Below are positions 41,354 through 55,556 of a stretch of DNA of 64,000 nucleotides, piece by piece. Positions within the stretch are counted from its first letter, which is position 1. Every line of letters begins with the position of its first letter. Source of the DNA: Azolla caroliniana (lineage: Eukaryota; Plantae; Polypodiophyta); the NCBI GenBank assembly GCA_043228905.1, contig JBHGNT010000008.1, positions 6,324,001 through 6,388,000 of the forward strand, in the 5' to 3' direction. Below the pieces are notes generated by a model. The model was not told where the DNA came from and made no database searches. It saw only the letters and a program-made list of their open reading frames with translations. Position numbers and translations under genes: made by a program.

Positions 41354-43115
41354 CTATTCATCAAGAAATTGTAGATAAATTGTAAGAAAATGTGACAACC
41401 ATTTAAAATATAGAATATGCTCAATAATGTGACCATTTAACAAGTATATCACCAAGTCATAACAAGAACTACAAGAAACTTTAAAGAAACATTTTATGTA
41501 GTCAACATTAGAATGGTTTGGTATGTCTGTAACTTCAATTCACATTACAAGGGGCTGAAATGAACTGCACCTTTAAATTGCAGTCATAATTCCTAATTTA
41601 ATCTTTCAACCCAATCTTAAAATTGTGAGCGCTCCAATTATGGGTGTTGGTAAGATCATTTTGAATACTGTTGATGGTAGTTCTTTCACCTTGTCAGATG
41701 CTTTGTTTGTGTCAATGATCAAGAAAAATTTGTTGTAAGTTTCAGCTTTGGCCAAGCTTAGCTTGGTTGTTAAATTTGTTGTTAACATGTGAACAGTCCA
41801 TGATCTGTCCAATGGCAATGTTATTATTGTTTCTGCCATTTAATGCCGTGGGTTGTAAAAGCTCATAGATTATAAAATATCTATAAATGATTCAGCATGG
41901 GCAATACAGGATTCTCATGCTATTTCAGATGCAAAGGTTTGGCATGCACGCTTTGGTCATTTGATTTTTGCAAGTTTGCTTCACCTGCAGAAATCTAAAA
42001 TGTTGTCCTCCTTGCCTAAACTTGAGGCACCTCGAAAGCATGTCTATAAAGGTTGTATTTTGGGAAAAATGCAACGTTCATCCTTTCCAATAGACGGTTT
42101 AGTTAGAGCTACGCAGAAATTGCACCTTGTTAATAGTGATGTTTGTGGTCCTATGCAGACACATTCTCTTGGGAACTATCTTTATTTCGTGACTTTCATT
42201 AATGATTTTTCCAGCATGCATGGGTACATCCATTGACGGCAAAGTCTGAAGTGTTTATGTGCTTGAAACAATTTCTAGCTTTGGCTGAAGACTTGTCAGC
42301 ATGTAAAATGGGCACCCTCAGTTCTAATTAGGAGGGGTTGTTGGGTTTCTAGCTGAACGTTGTTGGGTTCTTGTTTTGAGCACAAAAGCTACCCCACTTT
42401 AGGGTTATGAGAGTATTTATAGACGAGGGGAAAAAACCTCCTAAAGAGGGAAAAAATGTCCTTATAATCCTAAGTGTGTTCACACACATCATTGTTGTAG
42501 GTGTGTTCACACACACCATGGTCATCAGTGTGTTTACAAACATCACTACTGAAATATATCAACAAATCCCCCTTGGGAGTGATGCGGTGAACAAGGAGTT
42601 GGCACTCATGGTTATTGAAGTGCGAAGCTATGTGGACAAAGATCAATCCACAAATGAAATAGGCTTAAAGATTTTCTAAAAGCTTCAAACTTCTCCGTAG
42701 ACAGAGCCTTTGTGAAAAGGTTTGCAATGTTCTCCTATGTGGGGACATGAGCCAAACTTATCTCCCCAACAGAGAACCTTTCCCTAACAAAAAGCTTCAA
42801 ACTTCTCCCTAGGCAAAGCCTTTGTGAAGAGGTCTGCAATGTTCTCCTATGCGGGGACATCAGCCAAATTTATCTCCCTAGCGGAGAAACTTTCCCTGAC
42901 ATAGTGATAATGCACCTCAATGTGCTTAGTGCGACCATGGAACACAGGGTTCCTCGCAACTGCCAATGCGCTTTGACTGTTAGTGAAGATGGTGGTGGCA
43001 ACATACTAACCAACACCCAAATCAGCTAAAAGGCATCTAAGCCACACACACACTCAACTGTAGTTGTGAAAGCAGTCCTATACTCAGCCTCACAACTGGA
43101 AGTGGCCACAGTAGG

Positions 43116-45499
43116 TGTTGGGTTCTTGTTTTGATATACCCATGCATGCCTGGAAAAGTCATCATTGAAAGTCACGAAGTAAATATAGTTCCCAAGAGAA
43201 TGTGTCTGCATAAGATCACAAACATCATTATGAACAAGCTGCAATTTCTGTGAAGCTCTAACTGAACCATCTTTTGGAAAGGATGAACGCTGCATTTTGC
43301 ACAAAATATAGCCTTCACAAACATGCTTCCAACGTGCCTCAAGTTTGGGCAAAGAGGACACCATGTCAGATTTCTGCATGAGAAGCAAACTTGCAAAATT
43401 CATATGGCCAAAGGTGCACGCCAAATCTTTGCATTTGTAATAGCCTGATAATCTTGTATTGCACATGTTGAATCATTTATAGATCTTTCATAATCTATGA
43501 GCTTATACAGTCCACAACATAAAATGCCAGAAGCAATAATAACATCGCCATTGGACAAATCATAAACTATACACCTATCATCAACAAATTTAACAACCAT
43601 GCCAATCTTGGCTAATGCTAAAACTGACAACAGATTTTTCTTGATCCCTAGCACAAACAAAGCATCTGACAAGGTGAAAGAACTACCATCAACGGTAGTC
43701 AAAATGATCTTACCAACACCCATAATTGGATAAGATGAGTTGTTGGTGCAGGTGACAATATGCCCTGTTGGGGTAGGCTCGAATGAAGTGAAGAAATTGC
43801 ATTGCAAGGTAATATGTTTGGTTGCCCCATTGTCCAAGTACGAAACATCTTATTCACAACAGACTACATTGTTCAAGTAAAGATGGGTCAAAACTACAAA
43901 CAATAGTAAATGCCCATTCTTCATCTACACAAGATTTGCAAACTCTAGTTTCGGTGCAGAGAATTCTGCAACAACCAATACTATCTCTTTTTTCTTTGCC
44001 TCTTTTGCAGCCAATTTTGGACAGTTCTTAATAATATGATTAGTTCCTTTACAGTATTTACGAATCAATTTTTGTTTCTGGTCTTGTTTTTTTTCGTTTA
44101 CTTCTGTTGAAGTATTAGCAAATCTTTGCTTCCTAGCTGATGAATTCCATTTACCTTTGCCCTTTTGACTAGCTAGGAAAGCTTGATCTGCTACACGCAT
44201 AATAGACCTGTTTTGCCTAGACTGATCTTCCTGTATAAAACAGAAACTAACTCCTCTAACGATAAGGCATTGGGATTACCATTGATCATTAAACGAAGAG
44301 TAGAAGCAAAACTTTGACATGAATCAAAACGAAGACCATTTAGAACGGTTTGCACAAGAGAACTATCTGGTATCATTTTATCAACAGAAATTAATTGTTC
44401 CTTTAAGTCTTTGATTTTCGTAAGAAAGTTGTCCATAGAATCACCTTCGTTCATGTGCTCATTCTCCAACTGTTTTGGAGATAATCAACACGAGCCTCAT
44501 TTCTTGCTTGGTACAAAGTGGTAAGTGTATCCCAAGCATCCTTTGTTGTCTCGCAAGAGCGAATATGGGGAATAATGCCACGTTTCACAAACAAAGCTAC
44601 TAAAGCATGTGCCTGAGCATCTTTGCCATCCCAACGAAGTTGCTCTGCATTTTAGTACAATAAAAACTGTAGCATGAGCATGAGTAGGATGATCAACATC
44701 CTCGATAGAATCAATACTATCGACGTTTGTGTTCTCAACAATAGGGCGTTTTTCAACCCCTGAACCACATTCCACAACTCTTTTGCTACTAATACATGGC
44801 GCATCACATAAGCCCAGAGAGGGTAATTTGTTCCATTCAATTTATCCTCAACAACAAGCATCCAAAATACATCATTGATCTCAACCATGGACATTGACTC
44901 AACACATTTTGATGCAAAAAAATGGACTGCTAAATGAATAGAAGGCAATAACGTACCTCTTTGACTTAGAAGTTGAACCAACGAAGAGAAAAGGAAGAAA
45001 ATCTGATTTCTATGTAGCAACCACACAGAAGAGGGTTGTAGGAATGTTGTAGAAGACTCGCGGAGGCTTTTAGTAGGATTGAATCAACTTGGAAGCAAAT
45101 AGAAAACACAACTAAAACTACGTAGAGGAAGAAAACATGCAGAAATTTGTTTTGCAGAAGCAGAAAAATGCCACCATATACAGCGCAGATGAAATGCGTA
45201 TGGGAGCCGTCGCCTTGCTGTTCGCTCATTGCATTGCTGCTCAAACGTCGCTTACTTGCTCTGATACCACTATTGGGTTCTTGTTTTGAATCACAAAAAA
45301 CTTTTCCAGTTTAGGGTTATAAGAGAATTTATAGACAAGGGGAAAAAACCTCCTAAGGAGGGAAAAAATGCCCCTGTGGTTCTAAGTGTGTTCACACACA
45401 TCACTGTCCTAAGTGTGTTCACACATCACTATTCTAAGTGTATTCACACATTACTATCTGAAGTATATTCACACATATCACTACCAAAATATGTCAACA
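43116..45499 (-). mobile_element. Copia family Y, copy C, inserted in the RNase H of copy B; internally deleted
   Basis: Perfect TSD GTAGG at 43111-43115 and 45500-45504; 5' LTR 45272-45499; PBS 45258-45269; gag, protease and integrase start; only ~19 bp of the 3' LTR left at 43116. Confidence 0.88.
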
Positions 45500-45874
45500 G
45501 TAGGTTGCTTCTTGCTCAACCAAGATATGCATGAAGCAAAAACCACTTGTGAACACACGAGTGTCATTGCAACCAGCCCAATCTAAGTCAAAAAAAACAT
45601 GCAAGTCTGGACGTAGTCATCCCCCCTTCAGATAAAACAATCTAAGTGGTCGGGTACCCCTTAAGTAGCATAAGATGCGCTTAACTGCCTGCCAATGCTT
45701 AACTCTTGGGCAATCCATAAACCTGCTCATCTGAGAGAGAGGAAACTAAATATCAAGTCGGGTTATGCATAAGTAAATCAAGCATCCAGCTGCCTGCTGA
45801 TAGAGAATAACATCAAATGCATCGCCAACATCATGAAGGCTCAAACGTAAACCAGTCTCCATGCGAGTGGCAAT

Positions 45875-46097
45875 TGAAGGCAACACGAGCATTAGGGTTT
45901 AGGTCAAAAACAGAGAGGGAGAGAGTCTAACTGAGAGACAAAGGGAGAGAGAGAGAGAGATGCACGTTGTCTTGGGTACAAAGAGTGTACCTCTTTTTTG
46001 GTTTTTAGATATTATGTATATACAAGTCAAAAGTGTGCTACGAGTGCGTTCACACTCGTGCACTAATAAAAGGCATGATGGCCCTTTATTCCCAACA
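45875..46097 (-). mobile_element. Solo LTR (223 bp), same family as the LTR at 37820-38043
   Basis: TG..CA ends; TSD GCAAT/ACAAT; interrupts the copy B RT at CKPI|AT. Confidence 0.85.
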
Positions 46098-46226
46098 ACA
46101 ATAGGTTTACAATCTTTAAGACCAAAACGCTACAATAATATGTCAATGTATTTCGATTGACACAAAACTATTCCACCAACTTGAAAATATTGAATGCCCA
46201 AATAATGATGCAAATGCCCCAAATCT

Positions 46227-46451
46227 TGTGCGGAATAGTGCTCGGCCACAACCGAGTCTCACTCACTTCAATGGTGGAAAATAGAAAATAAGACGACACT
46301 GAGTATTAACGTGGAAAACCCTAATAGGGAAAAAACACGGGAGTTCTCGGATCTCCGAATAGGATCACTATAGAGGAGAGGTACAACAATGTGAGACTCA
46401 AAGGCAACGACCTCGAGCTCTATCTTCACACAATCGGTGGTTACAACAGAA

Positions 46452-46548
<97 letters not shown>

Positions 46549-46856
46549 TAATATCTATTGTGTAATATTTACTTTATTTTGATTTGTTCTCAAAGACGAG
46601 AAAACATTTAAGATGTAATCTCTTATTCGGTCTTATAGGCCATTTTGGCCTCTTAAAAGACGTTAATATATCTTTCTTTCTTTCTTTCTCTCTCTCTCGT
46701 CTCTTTTCTTTTCATCTTATTTACTTTTATATTTACTGTGTAATATTTACTTTATTTTGATTTGTTCTCAAAGACGAGAAAACATTTAAGATGTAATCTC
46801 TTATTCGGTCTTATAGGCCATTTTGGCCTCTTAAAAGACGTTAATATATCTTTCTT

Positions 46857-46935
<79 letters not shown>

Positions 46936-47215
46936 GTACAACGATACAACAGAACAACTACAATGATGATCACTCTAACTACTAACAGTGTTGCCCTAAT
47001 TATATTTATACTTATATAACTTTGGGGCTATTTACAAATATGATCTCAATGGTCATGTCTGAACATATTTACTAATATGTTCCTATTTGTTGGTTCATAC
47101 CCAATCCAGCCGACTCCTTCCAAATCCATCCGGTCCGGTTCCTTCCTTCCTCCCGTCTAATCCGACTCGTCCGGTTCTCATCTGGATCCCATCAGGAGGG
47201 ACCTATTTCCCAACA
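46227..47215 (-). mobile_element. Solo LTR (family X, 989 bp) with two (CT)n tracts and a ~180-bp internal duplication
   Basis: Perfect TSD AATCT at 46222-46226 and 47216-47220; TG..CA ends; CT runs ~46456-46543 and ~46861-46932. Confidence 0.9.
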
Positions 47216-48675
47216 AATCTGACATCTCAAAAGAGGCATTCAAATCAGCCTTAAAGTCAGCAATGTGTTTCTCATTGGGAACAGTGAGCAACATATCATC
47301 AACATACACAACCATGATCAGAAATACATCGTCAACACGCTTAACATATAAGGTGCTTTCAGTTGAACTATTCTCAAAACCAAATGCAATCAAATAGGCA
47401 TGTATCTTTTCATACCAAGAATGTGGCACTTGCTTCAAGCCATAATGCCTTTCTCAACCTGCACACTTTGTGTTCATGCCCTTTTTGCACCAAACCATGG
47501 GGCTGAGATATATACACTTCCTCATGAAGATCACCATTTAGAAATGTTTTAATGTCCAACTAATGTACATTCCGACCATGATGAGGTGCAATTCCACAGA
47601 TGCTACAAACAGTAGTCATACAGCAGGTGGAAGCAAAGGTCTCATCAAAATCAATGCCTTTTTTGGGGCATAACCTTTCGCAACAAGTCTAGCCTTATAC
47701 CTGTCAATTGTTCCATCAAGTTTACACTTCAGCTTATATACCCACTTAGTGCCAATGGCGTTCTTGCCAGGAGGCAAGTCACATAAAGACCATGTACCAG
47801 TCTTTATAATAGCATGATATTCTGATTGCATAGCAGCCATCCAATTTTCTGAATTTTGTGCTTCATCAAAAGAAACAAGCTCATTCTAATCACAAAGATT
47901 AGAGGCAGCCATAGCATAACAATTTGATGCAAAAAAAGCACTATGAGAACCTGAACGAGTACGGTATGACAAAGGAACATCTAATTTGCTATCTTGCAAA
48001 GTCTACAACAGCCATTTAGGCACAGTCTTTGCCTGCTCTAGATCAGCCCTCTCATCAGTAAGTGCATCATCTAAGTCTGCATCAGAAATGGAACGATCTG
48101 CATCATTATGTGTAGCTTCCAAAGGCTGAGAAGGTGCCTCAAGTGGGCCAACACTTAACTGTCCACTTGTAGAATGCGGCAGCAAAGTTTCATACACGTG
48201 TCTCGAGCTAACTGATGACAGCCTCAAGCCAGAAACTATGTGGTAAAGCTTGACATTTGACCATACACCTCACCATTTCTATGAGTGACATGTTCTTTCT
48301 TTCAGCAACTCCATTCTGTTGAGGGAGGTGTATACAGCAATGTACGTTGATGTTTTATCCCACGTTCAGCCAGAAATGGATTAAAAACAGAAGACATATA
48401 CTCCCCCCCTCAATCAGAATGGAGGGTGCCCATTTTACATGTTGACAGATGTTCAACCAAAGCTAGAAACTGTTTGAAGCACAGAAACACTTCGGACCTT
48501 GCCTTCAATGGATATACCCATGCATGCCTAGAAAAATCATCAATGAAAGTCACGAAGTCAAGATAGTTCCCAAGAAAATGTGTCTACATAGGAGCACAAA
48601 CATCACTATGAACAAGCTGCAATTTCTGTGTAGCATTAACTGAACCATCTTTTGGAAAGGATGAACACTGCATTT

Positions 48676-49050
48676 TAGGGATGGGCAATGGTTCGGCTCA
48701 AGCCTAAACCAGTTTAAAGCGGCTTAGCGACTTGGCTTGGCTTGGCATGAACCTTGCCAAACCGGTTCAAACTGGTTAAGCCGATTCTTAATAGGTCTTA
48801 GTACATACTTAAAAGTTTAAAAGTTAGAACAATTAAAAAATTTAAGTTATAGTTAGAACTTAGATAGTAGAAGGCTGAAGCAAAGAATCGAGTGTCGAGT
48901 GTCCGCAGTTGACATAGACATTGAAAAGAGAGGGGGAGTGTGATTGAAAATTAGAATTTTTATTGTCCATAAAGAGGCCAATTTGGACCTATGGGACCAG
49001 AGTATACATGTGTTCTTGATATGTGTCTCTTTCCTACAAAAGGGTATTCA
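48676..49050 (+). mobile_element. Truncated hAT-like transposon end
   Basis: Begins TAGGGATGGGCAATGGTTCGG with AACC/GGTT subterminal repeats; shares the GCAATGGTTCGG core with the 13743 element; no right TIR found. Confidence 0.5.
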
Positions 49051-50353
49051 TACATCATGAGCATGAGTAAGATGATCAACATCCTCAACAAAATCAGTAC
49101 CATCAGCATTTGTGTTCACAACAACAAGATGTTTTTCCACACTCTAAACCACATTCCACAACCCTTTTGCTAGTAATACATGGCGCATCATATAAGCCCA
49201 AAGAGGATAATTTGTTCCATCCAATTTATCGTCAACAAAAAGCATCCAAAATACATCATTGCTCTCAGCCATTGCCATTGACAAAACATGTTTTGATGCA
49301 GAAAATAGATTGTTGAAAGAATAAAAAGGAATAACGTACCTCTTTGACTTAAAAGATGAACCAATGAAGAGAAAAGTAAGCAAATCTGATTTCTGTGCAG
49401 CAACCGCACAAAAGAGGGTTGTGGGAAGGTCGTAGAAGACTCAAGGAGGCTTTTAGTAGGATTGAATCAATTTGAAGTAGAAAAATGCAACTAAAACTAT
49501 GCACAAAGGAATAGAAAACACGCAGAAATTTGTTTTGCAATAGGAAAACGCCACCACAGATGGCGCACACGGACTATGGAAGGGGGCCATCACCTTGTTG
49601 TTCACTCGTTGCGTTGCTGCTCAAACGTCTTTTAGTTGCTTTGATACCACTATTGGGTTCTTGTTTTGAATCACAAAAACTACCCCACTTTAGAGTTATG
49701 AGAGCATTTATAGACAGGGGGGAAAACCCTCCTAAAGAGGGAAAAAATGTCGTTGTAGTCCTAATTGTGTTCACACACATCATTGCCGTATACACCTCTA
49801 CAAAATGGAGTTGTTGAAAGAAAGAACAGGTCACTCATGGAAGTGGCGAGGTGTATGGTCAAAACTCAAGCTTTACCACATAGTTTCTGGCTTGAGGCTG
49901 TCATCAATTAGCTCGAGACATGTGTATGAAACTTTGTTGCCGCATTCTACAAGTGGACAGTTAAGTGTTGGCCCACTTGAGGCACCTTCTCAGCCTTTGG
50001 AAGCTACACATAATGATGCAGATCATTCCATTTCTAATGCAAACATACATGATGCACTTACTGATGAGAGGGCTGATATAGAGCAGGCAAAGACTATGCC
50101 TAAATGGTTGTTGCAGACTTTGCCAGATAGCAAATTAGATGTTCCTTTGTCATACATACCGTACTCGTTCAAGTTCTCATAGTGCTTCTTTTGCATCAGA
50201 TTGCATCAGACAGGTATAAGGCTAGGCTTGTTACAAAAGGTTATGCCAAAAAATGGCATTGGTTTTGATGAGACCTTTGCTCCCACCTACCATATGACTA
50301 CTGTTCGTAGCATCTGTGCAATTGCAGCTCATCGTGGTTGGAATGTACATCAG

Positions 50354-53300
50354 TGCTAACATATTTTGGTAGTGATGTGTGTGAACACACTTAGGAAAAT
50401 GATGTGTGAACACACTTAGGATAGTGATGTGTGTGAACACACTTACGACCACAAGGGCATTTTTACCGTCTTTCGGAGGTTTTTTCCCCCTATCTATAAA
50501 TACTCTCATAACCCTAAAGTGGTTAAGTTTTTGTGATTCAAAACAAGAACCCAACAGTGCTATCAGATCCATTAAGCAAAGTTTGAGCAGCAATGCAAGA
50601 GCAAGGGTACGGCTCCCATACGCAGTTTGTCCACGCCATCTATGGTGGCATTTTTCTACTGTTGCAAAACAATTTTTTGTGTGTTTCCTTCCTCTACGCA
50701 GTTTCAGTTGTGTTTTTCTTCTGCTTCCAAGTCAATTCAATCCTACTAAAAGCCTCCTTGAGTCTTCTACAACATTCCTACAACACTCATGTGCGGTTGC
50801 TACATAGAAATCAAATTTCCTTCCTTTTCTCTTCATCTTCTAAGTCAAAGAGGTACTTTATTGCCTTTTATTCATTCAGCAGTCCATTTTTTGCATCAAA
50901 ACGTGTTCAATCAATGGCCATGGCTAAGAGCAATGATGTATTTCGGATGCTTGTTGTTGAGGATAAATTGGATGGAACAAATTACCCTCTGGGCTTATAT
51001 GATGCGCCATGTATTAGTAGCAAAAGAGTTGTGGAATGTGGTTCAGGGGTTGAAAAACGCCCTATTGTTGAGAACACAAACGTCGATAGTATTGATTCTA
51101 TCGAGGATGTTGATCATCCTACTCATGCTCATGCTACAGTTTCTATTGTACCAAATGCAGAGCAACTTCGTTGGGATGGCAGAGATGCTCAGGCACATGC
51201 TTTGATAGCTTTGTTTGTGAAACGTGCCATTATTCCCCATGTTTGCTCTTGCAAGACAACAAGGGATGCTTGGTATACTCTTACCACTTTGTACCAAGCA
51301 AGAAATGAGGCTCGTGGTGCTTATCTCCGAAAACAGTTGGAGAGTGAGCACATGAACGAAGGCGATTCTATGGACAGCTCTCTTACGAAAATCAAAGATT
51401 TAATTTCTGTTGATGAAATGATACCAGATAGTTCACTTGTGCAAACTGTTCTAAATGGCCTTCCTAATTCATATCAGAGTTTTGCTTCTAACTCTTCATT
51501 TAAAGATGAAAGGTAATCCCAATGCCTTATCGTTCGAGGAGTTAGTTGCAAAACAGGTCTATTATGTGTGTTCTAGATCAAGCTTTCCTAGCTAGTCAAA
51601 AGGGCAAAGGTAAATGGAACTCTTCTGTTAGCAAGAAGGGATTTGCTAATACTTCACAAGTGAATGAAAAAAAACAAGAGCAAAAACAAAATTGTTTTGC
51701 AAATACTATAAAGGAACTAATCATATTATAAAGAACTGTCCAAATTTGGCTGCAAAAGAGGCAAAGAAAAAAGAGGCAGGACTGGTTGTTGCAGAAGTCT
51801 CACCACCAAAAACAAAGTCTACAAATCATGTCCAAAATGAAGAATGGGCATTTACTACTGTTTGCAGTTTTGACCCATCTTCACTTGATCAATGTATGTT
51901 TGCTATAGAATCATATGTTTGCTACTTCGACAGTGGGGCAACCAACCATATTACCTTGCAACGCAATTTCCAATCTTCATTGGAGCCTGCCCCTATAGGG
52001 AATACTGTGACATGCACCAACAACTCATCTTATCCAGTTATGGGTGTTCGTAAGATCATTTTGACTACTGCTAATGGTAGTTCGTTCACCTTGTTAGATG
52101 GTTTGTTTGTGCCAGGTATCAAGAAAAATCTGTTGTCAGTTTCAGCATTAGCCAAGATTGGCTTGGTTGTTAAATTTGTTGATGGCAGGTGTACAATTCA
52201 TGATCTGTCCAATGGCAATGTTATTATTGCTTCTGGCGTTTTATGTCGTGGGTTGTATAAGCTCATAGATTATGAAAGATCTATAACTGATTCAGCATGT
52301 GCAATACAAGATTCTCAAGATATTACAGATCCAAAAATTTGGCATGCACGCTTTGGTCATCTGAATTTTGCAAGTTTGCTTCACCTTTAGAAATCTGAAA
52401 TGGTGTCCTCCTTGCCCGAACTTGAGGCACCTCGGAAGCATGTCAGTGAAGGCTGTATTTTTTTCGCAAATGCAACGTTCATCTTTTCCAAAAGATTGTT
52501 CAATTAGAGCTACGCAGAAATTGCAGTTTGTTCATAGTGATGATGTATGTGGTCCTATGCAGACACATTCCCTTAGGAACTATATTTACTTCGTGACTTT
52601 CATTGATGACTTTTCCAGGCATGCATGGGTATATCCATTGAAGGCAAAGTCCCAAGTGTCTCTGTGCTTCAAACAATTTCTAGCTTTGGCTAAAAATCTA
52701 TTATCATGTAAAATGGGCACCCTCCATTTTGATCGATGGGGGGAAGTATATGTCTTCTGATTTTAATGCATTTCTGGCTGAACGTGGGATAAAACATTAG
52801 TGTACAATGCCATATACACCTCAACAAAATGGAGTTGGTGAAAGAAAGAACAGGTCACTCATGTAAATGGCGAGGTGTATGGTCAAAAGTTAGGCTTTAC
52901 CACATGGTTTCTGGCTTGAGGCTGTCATGTGTGCAACATATGTACTTAACAGGTGTCCCACTAAAGCACTTTACTCTATCACTCCATATGAGGCTTGGCA
53001 TGGCCGCAAGCCATCTGTTGCTCATTTGCGTATTTTTGGTTGTTTGGCATATGCATTAGTGCCTAAACAACAACGCAAAAAATTGGATGCTAAAGCAGTG
53101 AAATGTATTTTTGTTGGATACATTTCTGAAAGTAAAGCCTATCGACTATATCATCCACAAACTAAACGCATTCTAGCTAGCCGTGAATGCTGTTTTTGTG
53201 GAGGATGCAATTCAACCATTGCTTTCATGCACTACGGAGACATCAGTTAGCTCGAGAGATGTGTATGACATTTTGCTGCCTCTTTTTATAAGTGGACAGT

Positions 53301-55556
53301 TAAGTGTTGGCCCACTTGAGGCACCTTCTCAGCCTGTGTAAGCTACTCACAATGATGCAGATCATTCCATTTCTGATACAGACTTACATGATGCACTTAC
53401 TTATGAAAGGGTTGATATAGAGGAGGCAAAGATTGTGCCTAAATGGCTGTTGTTGACTCTGCAAGATAGCAAATTAGATGGTCCTTTGTCATACCGTACT
53501 CGTTCAGGTTCTCATAGTGCTTCTTTTGCATCAGATTGCTATGCTATGGCTGCCTCTAATCTTTGTGATTAGAATGAGTCTGTTTCTTTGGATGAAGCAC
53601 AAAATTCAGAAAATTGGATAGGTGCTATGCAATCAGAATACGATGCTATCATGAAGACTGGTGCATGGTCTTTATGTGACTTGTCTTTATGGTGCATGGT
53701 CTTGATGAAAGGGCTGATAAAGAGGCAAAGACTGTGCCTAAATGGCTGTTGCAGACTTTGCAAGATAGCAAATTAGATGGTCCTTTGTCATACCGTACTC
53801 GTTCAGGTTCTCATAGTGCTTCTTTTGCATCAGATTGCTATGCTTTGGCTGCCTCTAGTCTTTGTGATGAGAATGATCCTGTTTCTCTTGATGAAGCACA
53901 AAATTCAGAAAATTGGATAGCTGCTATGCGATCAGAATACGACGCTATTATGGAGACTGGTGCATGGTCTTTATGTGACTTGCCTCCTGGCAAGAAGGCT
54001 ATTGGCACTAAGCGGGTATATAAGCTAAAGCGTAATCCTGATGGAACAATTGACAGGTATAAGGCTAGGCTTGTTGCGAAAGGTTATGCCCAAGAAAAAG
54101 GCATTGATTTTGATGAGACCTTTGCTCCCACCTACCGTATGACTACTATTCGTAGCATTTGTGGAATTGCACCTCATCATGGTTGGAATGTACATCAGTT
54201 GGACATTAAAACAGCATTTCTAAATGGTGATCTTCATGAGGAAGTCTATGTATCTCAGCCCCATGGTTTGGTGCAGAAAGGGCATGAACACAAAGTGTGC
54301 AGGTTGAGAAAGGCATTATATGGTTTGAAGCAAGCACCATGCTCTTCGTATGAAAAGATACACGCTTATTTGATTGCATTTGGGTTTGACAATAGTCTAA
54401 CTGAAAGCACCTTATATGTTAAGCGTGTTGACGATGTATTTCTAATCATGGTTGTGTATGTTGATGATATGTTGCTCACTGGACCCAATGAGAAGCACAT
54501 TGCCAACGTTAAGGCTGATTGGCATGCCTCTTTTGAGATGTCAGATTTGGGGCATTTGCATCATTATTTGAGCATCCAATTTAGGCAAGTTGATGGTGGA
54601 ATATCTTTGTGTCAATCAAAATACATTGACAAATTATTGCGGCGTTTTGGCCTTGAAAACTGTAAACCTATTGCCACTGCCATGGAGACAGGTTTATGTT
54701 TGAGCCTTCATGATGCTAGAGATGCATTTGATGTTATTCTCTATCAGCAAGCAATTGGGTGCTTGATTTACTTATGCATAACCCGACCTGATATTCAGTT
54801 TTCTGTCCCTCAGATGAGCAGGTTTATGCATTGCCCAAGAGTTAATCATTGGCAGGCAGTTAAGCGCATCTTTCGCTACTTGAGTGGTGCCTGGTCACTT
54901 GGATTGTTTTATCCCAAGGGGGGATCATTACCTCCAAACCTGCATGCTTTTTCTGACTCTGATTGGGCTGGTTGTTATGACACTCATGTGTTCACAAGTG
55001 GTTTTTGCTTCATGCTTGGTAGCTCATGCATATTTTGGTTGAGCAAGAAGCAACATACTGTGGCCACTTCCAGTTGTGAGGCTGAGTATAGGGCAGCTTT
55101 CACAACTATCGTTGAGTGTGTGGCTCAGACGCCGTTTAGCTGATTTGGGTGTTGGTCAGTCTTCTGTCATCACCATCTTCACTGACAGTCAAAGCGTAAT
55201 GGCAGTTGCGAGGAACCCTGTGTTCCATGCTCGCACTAAGCACATTGAGGTGCATTATCACTATGTCAGGGAAAGGTTCTGCGCTGGAGAGATCAGTTTG
55301 GCTTATGTGCCCACACAAGAGAACATTGCAGACCTCTTCACAAAGGCTCTGCTCTGCCTAGGGAGAAGTTTGAAGCTTTCCACAAAGCTTTAGACCTACT
55401 CCCATTTGTGGATTGATCTCTATCCACATAGCTTGGCACTTGCTTAACCATGAGTGCCAGCTCCTTGTTCACCGCATCACTCCCAAGGGGGATTTGTTAC
55501 ATATTTTGGTAGTGATGTGTGTGAACACACTTAGGACAATGATGTGTGTGAACACA
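50354..55556 (+). mobile_element. Copia family Y, copy D, near full length, pseudogenised
   Basis: 5' LTR 50354-50556; degenerate PBS 50558-50569; gag, YFDSGAT protease, integrase, RT ORF 53689-55143 (VYVDDMLL), RNase H; PPT CAAGGGGGAT; truncated 3' LTR from 55495; ~300-bp tandem duplication at ~53405-53985. Confidence 0.92.

Larger units (their letters stand above)
42361..49783 (-). mobile_element. Copia family Y, copy B, inserted in copy A
   Basis: 3' LTR 42361-42564 with PPT; RNase H, RT, integrase and gag fragments; PBS rc GCTTTGATACCA 49638-49649; truncated 5' LTR 49652-~49783. Confidence 0.85.
41610..50353 (+). mobile_element. Copia family Y, copy A (outer; fragments 41610-42360 and ~49784-50353)
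   Basis: Integrase sequence stops at TTCTAGCTGAACGT (42360) and resumes at GCCGTATACACCTC (~49785), collinear with copy D at ~52770-52830. Confidence 0.75.

Noticed and set aside
46391-47019. SL- and RE-repeat ORFs (also at 7317-7499 and 13401-13655)
   Set aside because: Translations of (CT)n/(GA)n microsatellites.
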